From Nemertoderma westbladi (Eukaryota > Animalia > Xenacoelomorpha), in NCBI GenBank assembly GCA_032718475.1, contig JAUCBJ010005732.1, forward strand, positions 11,892-75,891: a DNA stretch of 64,000 bases. The letters run 5' to 3'. Shown piece after piece: positions 39,019 to 49,824 of the stretch (position 1 is its first letter; the number at the start of each line of letters is the position of its first letter). The notes under the pieces were generated by a model, which worked only from the letters and a program-made list of their open reading frames with translations, had not been told where the DNA came from and did no database searches. The translations under genes were made by a program, and so were the position numbers.

Positions 39019-39561
39019 TGTGACGGGATCTACGGATCCCGGTTTATCCGTTGGGTTTTCTATCTACGCGTCCCCGCCGTGTGAAAGGTAAAAGAGTTCT
39101 GATGTTCGGTAATATGTATAGAGGTATAATATAGTTGATATATATAGTATAGTATGACACGGTTACCGGTAGATAAGTATGATGGTGGTAGTGGATGGTG
39201 GACGGTGATAGAAGTCACCGTTCCACCCTACTGAACTAACTGAGTAAACTGACTGAATAGGGAAGCACCAACAGGTAATATATGTACTGCTCAGTTGGCC
39301 ATATTACTGTACCTAGTCGATGCTGTCCCCCCATTGGCTAATATCCCACTTCTCGCCCTTTAGAGTGATCCCGTTCACTCCACCTGTTCTCTCTGGGTTA
39401 GGGGTTTGGCCCCTGACCCTCATTGTGTGTGTCTCCTTTGGGGCCTATTGTCCCCGTTTACTGGGATGACACGAGGTTGATTGGTAATCAACCTCGTGCT
39501 CTCAATATTGCTTAACGGCTTACTTTGTGGGTTCATGTTAGCGGGATTGGATAAGCTAACA
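39019..39561 (-). repeat. 3' LTR (543 bp) of the BEL/Pao element
   Basis: Minus strand begins TGTTAGC directly after PPT GGGGGGGAG (39562-39570) and ends GTCACA. The partner LTR is not in the window, so the outer end is inferred. Confidence 0.68.
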
Positions 39562-40037
39562 CTCCCCCCCATGCTATCTTCCCGGTAAGAAGATAGCATC
39601 AACCAAAAAATGCGCTACATTCCCGCTGGAACTCGATCTATTCTCGGGTGTGGGGTGGAGTTATTTTCTTCCGGAGCCGGCTTTCCAGGCCGCTCCCTAT
39701 GGGTATGATGTCACTACCCTCTGGCATCTCGTGTCGGGCCGATCGTGCGCTTCTCTCACACAATTTTTGTTTCCCCAACACTCTCACCACTCTAACTAAC
39801 TCCGCTCTAGCTCCCAACTCGCTCTTACTCTCTCCCCACACCTGAATCGCACTCTAACTCTCTCGCCAACGGCTCTCACTATCTCCTCTCTACCACTCTC
39901 TAAGGCCCTAATCTCTAATGCTACCCCCGTGCTATCATACTATCTACCTTATCTAACTTACTAACTCTAACTATCTAACTCTACTAACTACTAACTCTAC
40001 TCTCTGCTAAGTCTACTAACTCTTACCAACTCTTTTA

Positions 40038-40860
40038 CTACGTGGCGCTTAGGGTGCCCACAACCCTCTGCTACTACCTCCATCTACGTGGCGCTTGCGG
40101 TGCCCACAACCACTCTACTACTAACTCTAACTAAAACTCTCTAACTCTCTACTAACTCTAACTCTACTCCTTTCTACTCTCTACGTGGCGCTTGCGGTGC
40201 CCACAACCACTCTGCTTACTACTAACTTCCGTCTACGTGGCGCTTGCGGTGCCCACAACCACTCTACTACTACTTCTACTCTATGTGGCGCTTCCGGTGC
40301 CCATAACCCTTCTACTCTCTTTCTACGTGGCGCTTACGGTGCCCACAACCCCCCTACTACTACTCGTGGCATGATAATAAGCCACACTCCCTTACCCCGC
40401 CGCCTTCTAACCTACTATCCTTCTACGTGGCGCTTACGGTGCCCACAACCCTTCTACTCTCTTTCTACGTGGCGCTTACGATGCCCACAACCCCCCTACT
40501 ACTACTCGTGGCATGATAATATGCCACACTCCCTTATCCCGCCGCCTTCTAACCTACTATCCTTCTACGTGGCGCTTACGGTGCCCACAACCACTCTACT
40601 ATCTGGCACCCTATGTGCCCTCTCTACTACTCTACTACCTGGCACCCTATGTGCCCTCTCTACTACCTCTACTACGTGGCGCTTCCGGTGCCCACAACCT
40701 CTCTGCTTACTACTAACTCCTATCTACGTGGCGCTTGCGGTGCCCACCACCACTCTCTTACTACTTTCTACGTGGCGCTTCCGGTGCCCACGACCCCCCT
40801 ACTACTACTCGTGGCATGACAATATGCCACACTCCCTTACCCCGCCGCCTTCTAACCACT
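40038..40860 (-). repeat. 12 copies of a conserved ~28-bp motif with variable spacers in the LTR-element 3' UTR
   Basis: CTACGTGGCGCTT(G/A/C)CGGTGCCCACAACC separated by CT/A-rich spacers of variable length. Confidence 0.88.
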
Positions 40861-41007
40861 CTACTTACTATCCTTTACTACTTCTGCTAACTATTATTAT
40901 TTAATTATTTATTATTATTTATTTTTATTTTTAATTAAATAATTAATTTCTTGTGGGAAGGGCGTCTCGCCCTCATTCCCACCCCCCTCAGTCCAAATAT
41001 TGGACGA

Positions 41008-42222
41008 CTAAACTCTAAGCTGCCCCTTGATCTTCCATCGATTCTTCCATGAGGCACTGTCCCGCTGTCCCCCTGCGCGTCCTCTTATCTTTCCACCCAC
41101 TTTCCTCGCCAACTCCAACTCATCTGGAATTGGCTCTCCCCCTTTCACCACCCCAAAATTGGGTCTCTCCACCGCCTTCTTAACTATGTCGTCTCTTGGC
41201 ATCAAAATGCCATCTCTTTCTTTGTTGTCTCCCACCGGCAGAATGAATAGAAAGTGAAAGAACAGGCAGAACAGTAGTCCTATTCCTTTCCATCCTGCCT
41301 TCCTTCTCGACTTCCCCCTTGTCGGTATGCCTCCAAACCGGACTGGCATCTCTTCCGGACACTCCTCTAGACACTCCTCTAGACACTCCTCTGGAGTGTT
41401 GTCCTCCGGACACCTCGCCGTCCGCTCCGCTTCATCTCCATACCGATGCTTGCTGGGAAACCTACACTCCTCTGCCCACTTTCTTACTGTCACCTCCCTA
41501 TCTGGCTCTACTATCTCCTCCGGCTTCTTATCTTCGTCCTCTATGTCTGCGGTGCCTGGTAACATGCACCCTGATGTCTCTGTCACACTGCATGGTATCT
41601 TAGTTTTAACTGGGCCGCTAAGCATCCACCCGAACGGCGTGAGGATTGCCGTCGGATTCCGCTGCCTGTCTTTGCCGAAGACTGTCCTCGTTCTCTCGTG
41701 GGCCGTCGGGCAGTCCATCCCTACTATAATGGACACCTTCCTAACGTCCACCTTTGGTATTGAGAAATCGATACCGTCCAGGAATCTATACTGCTCGACC
41801 TCAATGTTGGTTGGTCGCCTGGCGTTGATGTTTATTGATTCTATGACGTGGATGGGGTCGATCGTCGCCCCATAGTCGCATCCCGGTGCAATCGCTGCTA
41901 TCCTGCACCGCCCCGTCCTCGTCTCCAGGACCTCATCTTTGCTCGAGACGGTAGTTACCGCCATTCTATTCGGTTTTGTCTTTAGCCCTATCTCTTCGGC
42001 CACCCAGTTCTCCACCAGCGTGAAGGCTGCTCCGCTGTCGACCAGCATTAATGTCGTTACTGATCGACCGCCCTCTCCTGATATCTTTACTGGTACTACC
42101 CTGAGTAGTACTTTTCTCTTCTTCTCCTCTTCTGTCCTGTTTGTGGCCATTGCCTGGCCTCCAGTCTCGGACTCTCTAACTGCTGTTTCTCTACACTCTC
42201 CGGATCTGTGTCCTTCTACCAC
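41008..42222 (-). CDS. BEL/Pao zinc knuckle end + aspartic protease, with atypical C-terminal tail
   Basis: VLLRVVPVKI...LVDSGAAFTLV...IIVGMDC...TPFGWMLSGP; in frame with gag across a TGA at 42226-42228 that interrupts the CH*CVVEGHRSGEC knuckle. Confidence 0.85.
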   Translation of the reverse strand: MVEGHRSGECRETAVRESETGGQAMATNRTEEEKKRKVLLRVVPVKISGEGGRSVTTLMLVDSGAAFTLVENWVAEEIGLKTKPNRMAVTTVSSKDEVLETRTGRCRIAAIAPGCDYGATIDPIHVIESININARRPTNIEVEQYRFLDGIDFSIPKVDVRKVSIIVGMDCPTAHERTRTVFGKDRQRNPTAILTPFGWMLSGPVKTKIPCSVTETSGCMLPGTADIEDEDKKPEEIVEPDREVTVRKWAEECRFPSKHRYGDEAERTARCPEDNTPEECLEECLEECPEEMPVRFGGIPTRGKSRRKAGWKGIGLLFCLFFHFLFILPVGDNKERDGILMPRDDIVKKAVERPNFGVVKGGEPIPDELELARKVGGKIRGRAGGQRDSASWKNRWKIKGQLRV

Positions 42223-42225
42223 ACA

Positions 42226-43357
42226 TCAATGACATAGTCCGTTTGCGTCTGTGTAGGCTATACGATCTTGTTTGGGCAACGCTTGCCAGTGCTTACAACT
42301 CCTGGTCTTATATGTTCCATCCCGATGTAATTGACATTCGAATCCTGGATTATAGCGTTCCCTGTATAGTCCTTCACGTATCGCGCGTAGGTTTATATGT
42401 ACCGATTTAGTGTTTTGGTTGTCTGTACTTGGCCTACTGGGTATATTGGGATTATGTTTATTTATGGTGTTATTTTCTTTCTGTCCCTGCCACGGTGTGG
42501 CCCTGCTACCAGCTAACTGTGGACTAGCAGTCCCCTGTGTGGCCGCATGTGTTAGTGATTGTCCTACTCTCGGGAATGGATCTGCAGGATCGTGTTCGGG
42601 TTTATGGCTTGTCCCCAAACTATCCTCGCTATAGACTGGGTCTGTTATTAATTCGGCTTCATAGTTGAGGAAGCTCGACATCTCTTCTAAGCCCGGTTCC
42701 GCACCCTTCTTCTCCCGTGTGGAGAAGGCTATCTTCCTCCACTTCCTTCGTAACCAGATCGGCAGTGCCTGCGCTATCGTGGTGATGTTGTTAGATGCGT
42801 TGAGTTCGTATGTTGCGTCTAGCGTCTTTAACACGATTAACGCCTTCTCGACTTTGTTTGCAAAGGTCCTTATGCTAACGGGATTGTCCTGTAGGCCACC
42901 CGATGTTATGCCTCTAAGGGTTTGCCGGATGATCTTGGCCGGGTGCCCGTATTCCCTGTCCAGTGCCCGCCATTCCGTCGTGAAGCCGCCCTCGATGCCC
43001 TGGTATTGCCTCACGATGTCGTATGCTGGGACTCCTGTATATACTTGCAGATATTTTAGGCACTCCGCCTGCGTCAAGTTCTTACTTAATATTTCATTAC
43101 TATACATGCGCCGAAACTGTAGGTATTCTTCCGGCCTACTCCCATCGAATTTGAACGGTTCCACGGGTGGTAACTCGATCCTAGTTTTTAACGCATCGAT
43201 TAACGTGGCCATTCCCATCGCTTGCGCTTCTAATGGGTTCGATGTATGTTGTATAGTTTCTCCTGTTGGGTGCGGTCCGTCCGTCCTATCTGTTATTCTC
43301 TGCGTCGGATATATCATTGGGGGTAACGGCCCCCTCCATATTTCCGTGTCGCACGAC
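42226..43357 (-). CDS. gag: BEL/Pao Gag (N-terminally truncated)
   Basis: LPPVEPFKFDG..EEYLQF...LKYL...ALDREYG (DUF1759-like) and C-terminal Cys/His knuckles. The first ~14 aa of the computed ORF derive from the Polinton A terminus. Confidence 0.85.
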
Positions 43358-43599
43358 AGTAGTATGCTAAACAACGGGATTGAGACAGCGTCTGCCATAG
43401 TCTACCATGTTAAAGAATTTGCCGAACGGCTCTTGCCCCGCCTACTTACTATGATTACTATTGTTGCCCCACCCACTTACTATGGTTACCATGGTTACCA
43501 TTGTGCATATGTAACATATGTCACCACTGTGTATATGTGACATATGCGGTATAAGGCCAGTTCGCAGGCGGAAGTAATTTAATTAATTCGTGTCTACCG

Positions 43600-44180
43600 G
43601 TTGGCGTTTGACCTTGAACCGCAATAGGTAAAACCCAATATAGTAAGTGGGTTGCAGACGTTTGTTATAAAAGTCTTTAACATGATTTGATTATTCTACC
43701 TATGGGGCGAGCCATGAAGTGAGTGATAGCGTCGAAGTAAGGTTATGACGCAACAACTAAAAAAGGTAAATAAACACAGACTTATGGGGCGAGCCATGAA
43801 GTGAGTGATTGGCGTTTGACCTTGAACCATAATAGGTAAAACCCAATATAGTAAGTGGGTTGCAGACGTTTGTTATAAAAGTCTTTAATGATTTGATTAT
43901 CCTACTTATGGGGCGAGCCATGAAGTGAGTGATAGCATCGAAGTAAGGTTATGACGCAACAACTAAAAAGGTAAATAAACACAGACTTATGGGGCGAGCC
44001 ATGAAGTGAGTGATAGCATCGAAGTGAGGTTATTGTATTTATACTTATCACTACGCAACAAGTTGTGGGGCGAGCCGCGAAGTGAGTATAAGGTTATAGT
44101 ATTTATAATATTATTTTAATTTGATTATTCTACCTATGGGGCGAGCCATGAAGTGAGTGATAGCATCGAAGTAAGGTTAT
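43600..44180. repeat. Subterminal direct repeats of Polinton A
   Basis: ~207-bp duplication (about 43600-43808 / 43809-44015) and six copies of GGGGCGAGCC(AT/GC)GAAGTGAGT. Confidence 0.85.
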
Positions 44181-45095
44181 TGTATTTATAATTATTAATT
44201 GTCGAAATTATTACTTACATTAATTTTCGGTTGGAGGTGGCGTATGTGTTTCACCGATCATTCGTGGTGGGCATACACACATCGGTCACCCCCCAGCGAT
44301 CGGCAAGACAATCGCCGGGCGCGCCGGGACCAAATCATCGTTATACCTGCAGTTTACCTCAATTGAGTGCATCACCCGCACCCTGTGTGCCCACATAACT
44401 CTTCTGAGATTCATCTTGTTCCATTTTTCTAAATTAAATGGCGGAGGATGATGCTCGAAGGGTTGGACAACTAACGTCGGTTTTTTACCGCCTTCAGCCA
44501 TTGAAATTGAAAATTAATAATTAATAAATTATAAGAATAATATTAAAAATTAAAATAATAAAGTGATGCCGCTATCACTATTCTCAATGTTATATAGCAA
44601 ACTACAACAGAACTAACTACTTTGGTAAGGCTAATTTTCTATGCTTCGCGGCGTATCTATATATGGCTTATTTCTTTTGCAAAACTGGTCACATATGTGA
44701 GTAAATTGAACTCAGAGCTTTGATTGTCGTTAGAGCGTTTAATTATTGTCTAATTCGCGTAGCCTGGATTGAGATTCTGGCCTTTGTGTTAACCGCATAA
44801 GTTGGGCGGCAGATGCTTGGGTCCCAATGTGCTCTGTGCCTAATTATTATTATTCCAGTTTTACCAGCCGCCTGCACGTTAAAGAGACCCCCTCCCGTAA
44901 GGTTTCTGTGATGAAAATTAAAAACGAATAGTGCCACGTGAAGACCCCAACCCACGTCACTTACCGTGTCCCATATATTTATTAAAAATATTGGTATTAC
45001 TATATACCCAAGAAATAAATATTTATTATTAATATTAACGCTAATAATATGTTCACACACCGTAATTGAATATACCCATAACCAAAATAAATAAA

Positions 45096-45536
45096 TTATT
45101 TTATTAATGAAAGTGTCCACTGTAATAACAATAAATCATTGTACCGCAAATTAGAGGTGAATATATTCATTGCTCCAGGATTTTTCGGCACCTCGGTTAA
45201 ATAATACAGACAAAATAGACCACACTGAGTCAATTGCGGCGCTTGAAATATTTTACGATTCCAAGTATGCCTTTGGGTATATTTATGCAGCCAATATGAT
45301 ATTTTTGGTGGAGGGGCTTTACCAAACAAATCTAAATAATAAGCAATTCTGTTAACCACGCGTACGCAAGACCAGTGTTGTCCTGGTAGGCCTATACGTT
45401 GATTATTAATAATAAATGAATAATTTTGTTTATGCTTATTTTTTTTTGTGTGTATTAGGTGTAATTGGTCGATTGCGTAAACACCGATGTATTCGGGCCC
45501 CACCGGGAATTTCGCTAATTGTATAGAGTCCAACAT
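45096..45536 (-). CDS. Adenain-like cysteine maturation protease (Polinton A)
   Basis: PGQHWSCV...YYLDLFG...FQAP...CGLFCLYYL: His-Asp-Gln-Cys catalytic set. Confidence 0.9.
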   Translation of the reverse strand: MLDSIQLAKFPVGPEYIGVYAIDQLHLIHTKKNKHKQNYSFIINNQRIGLPGQHWSCVRVVNRIAYYLDLFGKAPPPKISYWLHKYTQRHTWNRKIFQAPQLTQCGLFCLYYLTEVPKNPGAMNIFTSNLRYNDLLLLQWTLSLIK

Positions 45537-45566
45537 CTTAGCGTACGCGTATCATTAAAAGTTTAT

Positions 45567-46824
45567 TTATTCGGTTATTATTTCCTTGGCTTCTGAAATA
45601 GATAGAAGAGCGTCATAGCTTGCGATTAATATAACGTTAATAGTGTTAACTAGCGCATTACTAAATTTCAGAATCAAATGCCCGCTAGTATGAACACTAG
45701 GTTGAATCTCATGGCTTTGATCCCCGCCGGCAGTAAGATCAAATACGATCAAAGGAAATTGGGTACGAAATCGTTCTGGTGTTAGCGAGCAAAATACGCC
45801 GCTCAAGCTCTTGAACACGTTCATTAAACTTTCGAATTCCAACATAAAATTGTTTTCCGGAAAGTTAGGGCGATATGGATACCCGTGTATAATACGGGAG
45901 TCGATGTTTAGTTCGGCATAATTTAAACCGAATTGGTTAAAATGTAGCGGATTACTGCTTAATTCCCCGTTGAAGCTGGCGTTGGTAAGCATTCCAATCA
46001 AAATATACTTAGGTAATTTCCCTTGGATTATGTTCGATTCTGTATAACTGGACTGCCCGCCACCAATGCCCAATAGTGAAGGTTTTCACTTCTTGTTTTA
46101 ACAAGTTATAAATAAAGTCATTTTTTTGTGACCCCAACAAATGCGCGCGCATAACCTCAGCATCAATCTTGTGGCGTTTTATTTTTAAATTAATATTCAT
46201 GACTTCAACTCTCGGGTTTACCAATCCTGCGGGGGGTTCAACTTTCAAAAAAAAATTATTCGATACTCGGTCTATACGAAGTCGAATGTTAATTCCCGGC
46301 GGCAGTAATTTGTCCTGGCTTGCCAGGTCTAAAAAAATTGGGGCCACAACGAATTTAACATAATTCCCACGAACGTCATTCTCAGTAGCGACAGGTACCC
46401 CACCTAGATTATTATCAGTATCTTCATACCCACCAGCACTTAAAATACTGCGTTTTTCGTTAGCATCTGTCAACAGTAATGTCTGAAACGTAGACTTATA
46501 GGCGTAGAACCCATTCGAGGTTTCAACTAGCTTTTCATTTAAATATAACGAACAATTTTCAAATAGTGACCCACCCGGGTAATTAAGATGGTGGAGGGTT
46601 GTATCGTCGTTAGCCCTATTACCATCCCATGTAATTTTATATTTAATGTGAAATTTCGAATTCTTTAAATCAGTATATAGAACATTTGACTGGGGTATAA
46701 AGAACTCGATTTGTCTGGCATTCGCGTCAAGAGTAGAAATCGGGTAGATATCCAAAAAATGTGAAGATGTATATTCTCTCTGATTTGTTTTACTCGAGAA
46801 TAATGATAATTCTAATTTACTCAT
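45567..46824 (-). pseudogene. Major capsid protein (double jelly-roll, hexon-like), frameshifted (Polinton A)
   Basis: ORFs 46009-46824 and 45567-46073 join by a frameshift near 46070; ELSLF, GKLPKYILIGM, GELSSNPLHF motifs collinear with intact 62298-63557. Confidence 0.88.
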
Positions 46825-46833
46825 TTTGTTAAG

Positions 46834-47361
46834 TTACATAAAAATATCGCGACATTTATTATTTCGCTTTTTACGTTTGCGCCCAACGTTCATACCCACA
46901 CTTGGGTGTCGCCGTTTCCCGCTCCTCTTTTTTTTACTTTTCGGGTTTGTAAATTCATTGTATACCCGTTGGGCGATTTGGCGTGTCTTTGGATGAGGTT
47001 CTAACCGCTCGGCCACTTTATTTATCAAATCATCTGCTTTACTGCGTAAAATACGTTTTCCTTCCGGTATTATGTATTTCCGCGCTACTTTCGCTGCTTT
47101 GGGGAGTGCTTTAGTTAGCACCTTTCTCCCTAACTTGCGCGCTAATATACCCAGGCCAGTTGTTAATATTCCGCGTCCGCACTGACGATTTTGGGCGTAT
47201 CGCCGGCCGAATTTATTATTCTTATTATTCCATATACCAGTAGATGGGCCAAACCCAGTGAGAATGCTTCCACCCTTAAAAACGGGTATATCGCTATAAT
47301 TCCCACTTCCCAGTTGGATTTGTGGGGTGCTATATAATTTAAACAAATCAGAATCTGGCAT
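46834..47361 (-). CDS. Basic core protein, adenovirus pVII-like (Polinton A)
   Basis: K/R-rich 175 aa with xGG / GxG putative adenain sites (VFKGG, QCGRG); homologous to 61726-62295; directly upstream of MCP. Confidence 0.68.
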   Translation of the reverse strand: MPDSDLFKLYSTPQIQLGSGNYSDIPVFKGGSILTGFGPSTGIWNNKNNKFGRRYAQNRQCGRGILTTGLGILARKLGRKVLTKALPKAAKVARKYIIPEGKRILRSKADDLINKVAERLEPHPKTRQIAQRVYNEFTNPKSKKKRSGKRRHPSVGMNVGRKRKKRNNKCRDIFM

Positions 47362-47472
47362 TATTATGAGTATTTATTATAACATATAATAATAATTCTT
47401 TACTACATACGTATATGTGTAATCTACAAATATAAGTAGCATATAATAACGCAATAATTAATTATATATACA

Positions 47473-48069
47473 TTAATTCGATGACAACCACTTCCCATAA
47501 CCAACCGCGATTTTCGCAGAACAATAATTAAAACAAGAATCACTATTATCAGAATGGTAGGCACAATTTGTTATTGCTGAAAAATCGTGGAAAAGGCATT
47601 TGGTGTCATAATCAACATATTTTTCGTTTATGCCGTACGTTTCTAGAAGTGTTCCATTCACATTAAATTCATTTTTTAAAATAAATAATTTCGGTATTCC
47701 GCGTATTAACATTTGAAACCCCAACCGTTTTTTTTCTTGTAACCATTCCTGTATGTACATTTTAAATGCGCTTTGGTCCATAGATCCGTAGTCAAAATTA
47801 ATGTGATGCGTAATATTGGCGAGTTGTGTGAGACGGTCGTATTCGCTTAAACTTAAAATTTTTGCGGGTGGACCATTAATAAACCATACGTTTTCTAATG
47901 ATTTGATGGTAGTATTATAAGCCGCAAACTCTTTAAAATAAATGGTTGCAACGGGGTGTTGGCTGATCTGCAGAAGATGCGTATAATATTGGAAATCTAC
48001 TATTATTCCAGGGTTTTCCAGCGTCGGGTAATAATCACGCCTGCGGCTGCGACTTAGAAATTTATCCAT
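47473..48069 (-). CDS. Accessory protein, possible DEDD/DnaQ-like (Maelstrom-like) fold with Zn ligands
   Basis: 198 aa intact ORF; IIVDFQ...FKEFA...HHINFDYG...LIRG..K...CLFH...CAYH...C. Fold call is from memory of the pattern only. Confidence 0.45.
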   Translation of the reverse strand: MDKFLSRSRRRDYYPTLENPGIIVDFQYYTHLLQISQHPVATIYFKEFAAYNTTIKSLENVWFINGPPAKILSLSEYDRLTQLANITHHINFDYGSMDQSAFKMYIQEWLQEKKRLGFQMLIRGIPKLFILKNEFNVNGTLLETYGINEKYVDYDTKCLFHDFSAITNCAYHSDNSDSCFNYCSAKIAVGYGKWLSSN

Positions 48070-48143
48070 ATAGTCGCTATAACTTCAGATAATCAGATAA
48101 TAATAAATAATCAATAATTTACATCGATTAAATTGTGACTATC

Positions 48144-48932
48144 TCAATCAATTCGTATAAAATGAAGCGTCAATATTGAATTTCCATAATGAAAGCGCAA
48201 CAAATTTCCGGAATCTCCAATCAATCGAACTCGTATATAACGTAAATTAGATATTGAATTAACTTTTTTATAGTAGACTTCCTCAACTTCTCGACTAATA
48301 ATTTGCCCATATTCCCCTTCTATGGGTATGCTACGCAACAGAGGGTATTCGCTATTGTCTACAAATTGAGGTTCGACGCAATTGATATGTATATTTATGT
48401 TGGGTTCCAGTATTTCGACAGCATTAGGATGCTTATGGCAGTCGTACTTATTAATCCGCGAATCAATCCTTAGCAAGTGATAATCCCCTGCAGCATTTTG
48501 CATACACATAAAACCTTTGCCATCAACCTCGTGTTCTGTTAATCCTAGGTAACCACCCAAACGTTTACTGACAAATATCGACAACTGTTTACCTTTAAAA
48601 TGTATGGTTATATTACCAGAGCGCGCCGTATTATCAATTATATTAATTTGGCCTTTAATAAGGCTTTTGTTGAAGTACTCAATGATCCTTTCCAATGATA
48701 GGAAAGATCCTTCGGGGAGAGTAACATCTCTTGTAAACATTTTTTTTATTTTTTATGGCCTTTATATAAATGTCGCTATTGTCATACCTGATACTAGATA
48801 CGTACGTTATACCGGTTAAACCTATTAACCAGGTAAAGGAATTTGCAAATTTGTTTGGAAATCGCTGGCGCTATTACGCGGGAATTCTATGGGGTTTGCG
48901 TTTGAGGGTAGTACAACCTAATAACTGTTCAT
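48144..48932 (-). pseudogene. Minor capsid (penton-like) protein 2, disrupted (Polinton A)
   Basis: N-terminus MNSY*VVLPSNANPIEFPRNSASDF (ATG 48932 overlapping the upstream stop); C-terminus VEPQFVDNSEYPLLRSI...ILTLHF; stops and a small deletion in the 5' part. Confidence 0.82.
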
Positions 48933-49810
48933 TCTTGTAGTTTTTGTCGTTGTTGTTTTTTGAGTTCTAGAACTAAAATTGTTTTACCTCCATGAAAGAC
49001 TATATGCTTTCCTTTATGGTCGCGAAGCGTTATACTAATTGTATCGAGCACTTTTTTATTTCTTAATTGTTTGTAATGTGTGTTTTTGAATTCCAGGTTG
49101 ATGAATGAGTATGGTTCCCATTTCAAAGGGATTATCCGCAAAAGAGGCGCCATCGAATGTCCTACGTGAGAAGATTCAATCATATCTGTATATATAAACA
49201 TTGTGTGTCTATCCCTCGTTATATCGCAAGGTTCGGGGAATTCAACTCCATCCATTTTGTTTGTATCTTTACAGCCTAACTTCAATAAATCATCATCTTC
49301 GTTGTAGTGTATAGCCCAAAGCGCCCCAAGACCCATTAAATTATTTTTTAAACTCGATAACCCGAAAATATTTATTATATCTCCATAGAATTGGAAATAG
49401 CGACCTTTTTCACAATGTAGACGAATTTTTGATGTATGTTTTTGGTAGTTAAACTTAACATCTTTGAAACCGTGGTGGGATATTGAGGGATCTTTCAAAT
49501 AAACACTAATATGGTTTAAAATTGACTCAATAGAAGCATATAGCCCAAGATTAAAATCGATTTCTATAAGATTGTATGGAGCTATATGAAATTCCAAATC
49601 CTCATCATACATATATTCACCAATTCTAATTCCAGATCTTTGTTCAATATTTCTATAGGTCGACACATACTGTATTTCCTTTAGACCTACGACCCAATCT
49701 GTGTCGACGGGGATAGGTTTGGACAACTCAATCGTGAAATCGCTGGGAGTGTTATTGGGATATTTATCTAGACTGGCGTCGGAAGTCAACGTTAAATGTA
49801 AGTAATCCAT
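48929..49810 (-). CDS. Minor capsid (penton-like) protein 1 (Polinton A)
   Basis: LTLTSDASLDKYPNNTPSDFTIEL...WVVGLKEI...FIYTDMIESSHVG...PLLRII...ISITLRD..G: Polinton mCP motifs. Confidence 0.87.
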   Translation of the reverse strand: MDYLHLTLTSDASLDKYPNNTPSDFTIELSKPIPVDTDWVVGLKEIQYVSTYRNIEQRSGIRIGEYMYDEDLEFHIAPYNLIEIDFNLGLYASIESILNHISVYLKDPSISHHGFKDVKFNYQKHTSKIRLHCEKGRYFQFYGDIINIFGLSSLKNNLMGLGALWAIHYNEDDDLLKLGCKDTNKMDGVEFPEPCDITRDRHTMFIYTDMIESSHVGHSMAPLLRIIPLKWEPYSFINLEFKNTHYKQLRNKKVLDTISITLRDHKGKHIVFHGGKTILVLELKKQQRQKLQE

Positions 49811-49824
49811 AATAATATAATTAA

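Larger units (their letters stand above)
39019..43357 (-). mobile_element. BEL/Pao LTR retrotransposon, non-autonomous (gag + protease, no RT/RNaseH/INT); 5' part displaced by Polinton A
   Basis: 3' LTR with TG...CA ends preceded by a polypurine tract; Pao-type gag and protease ORFs; no 5' LTR in the window. Confidence 0.82.

Noticed and set aside
40038-40860. CRISPR-like repeat-spacer array and the ORFs over it (40185-40904 etc.)
   Set aside because: Spacers are low-complexity, variable in length and partly duplicated; the ORFs are translations of the repeat on the antisense strand of the LTR element.
43358-43398. ATG at 43398 as the true gag start
   Set aside because: It lies beyond the AGTAGT junction, in Polinton terminal sequence, with no PBS or 5' LTR upstream.
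41027-43540. Plus-strand ORFs (42665-43540, 41327-41875 etc.)
   Set aside because: Antisense shadows of gag/protease with no independent motifs.
44286-45120. ORFs 44286-44501 and 44743-45120 as Polinton A genes
   Set aside because: Short, no recognisable motif; they may be real accessory genes but cannot be supported from sequence alone.
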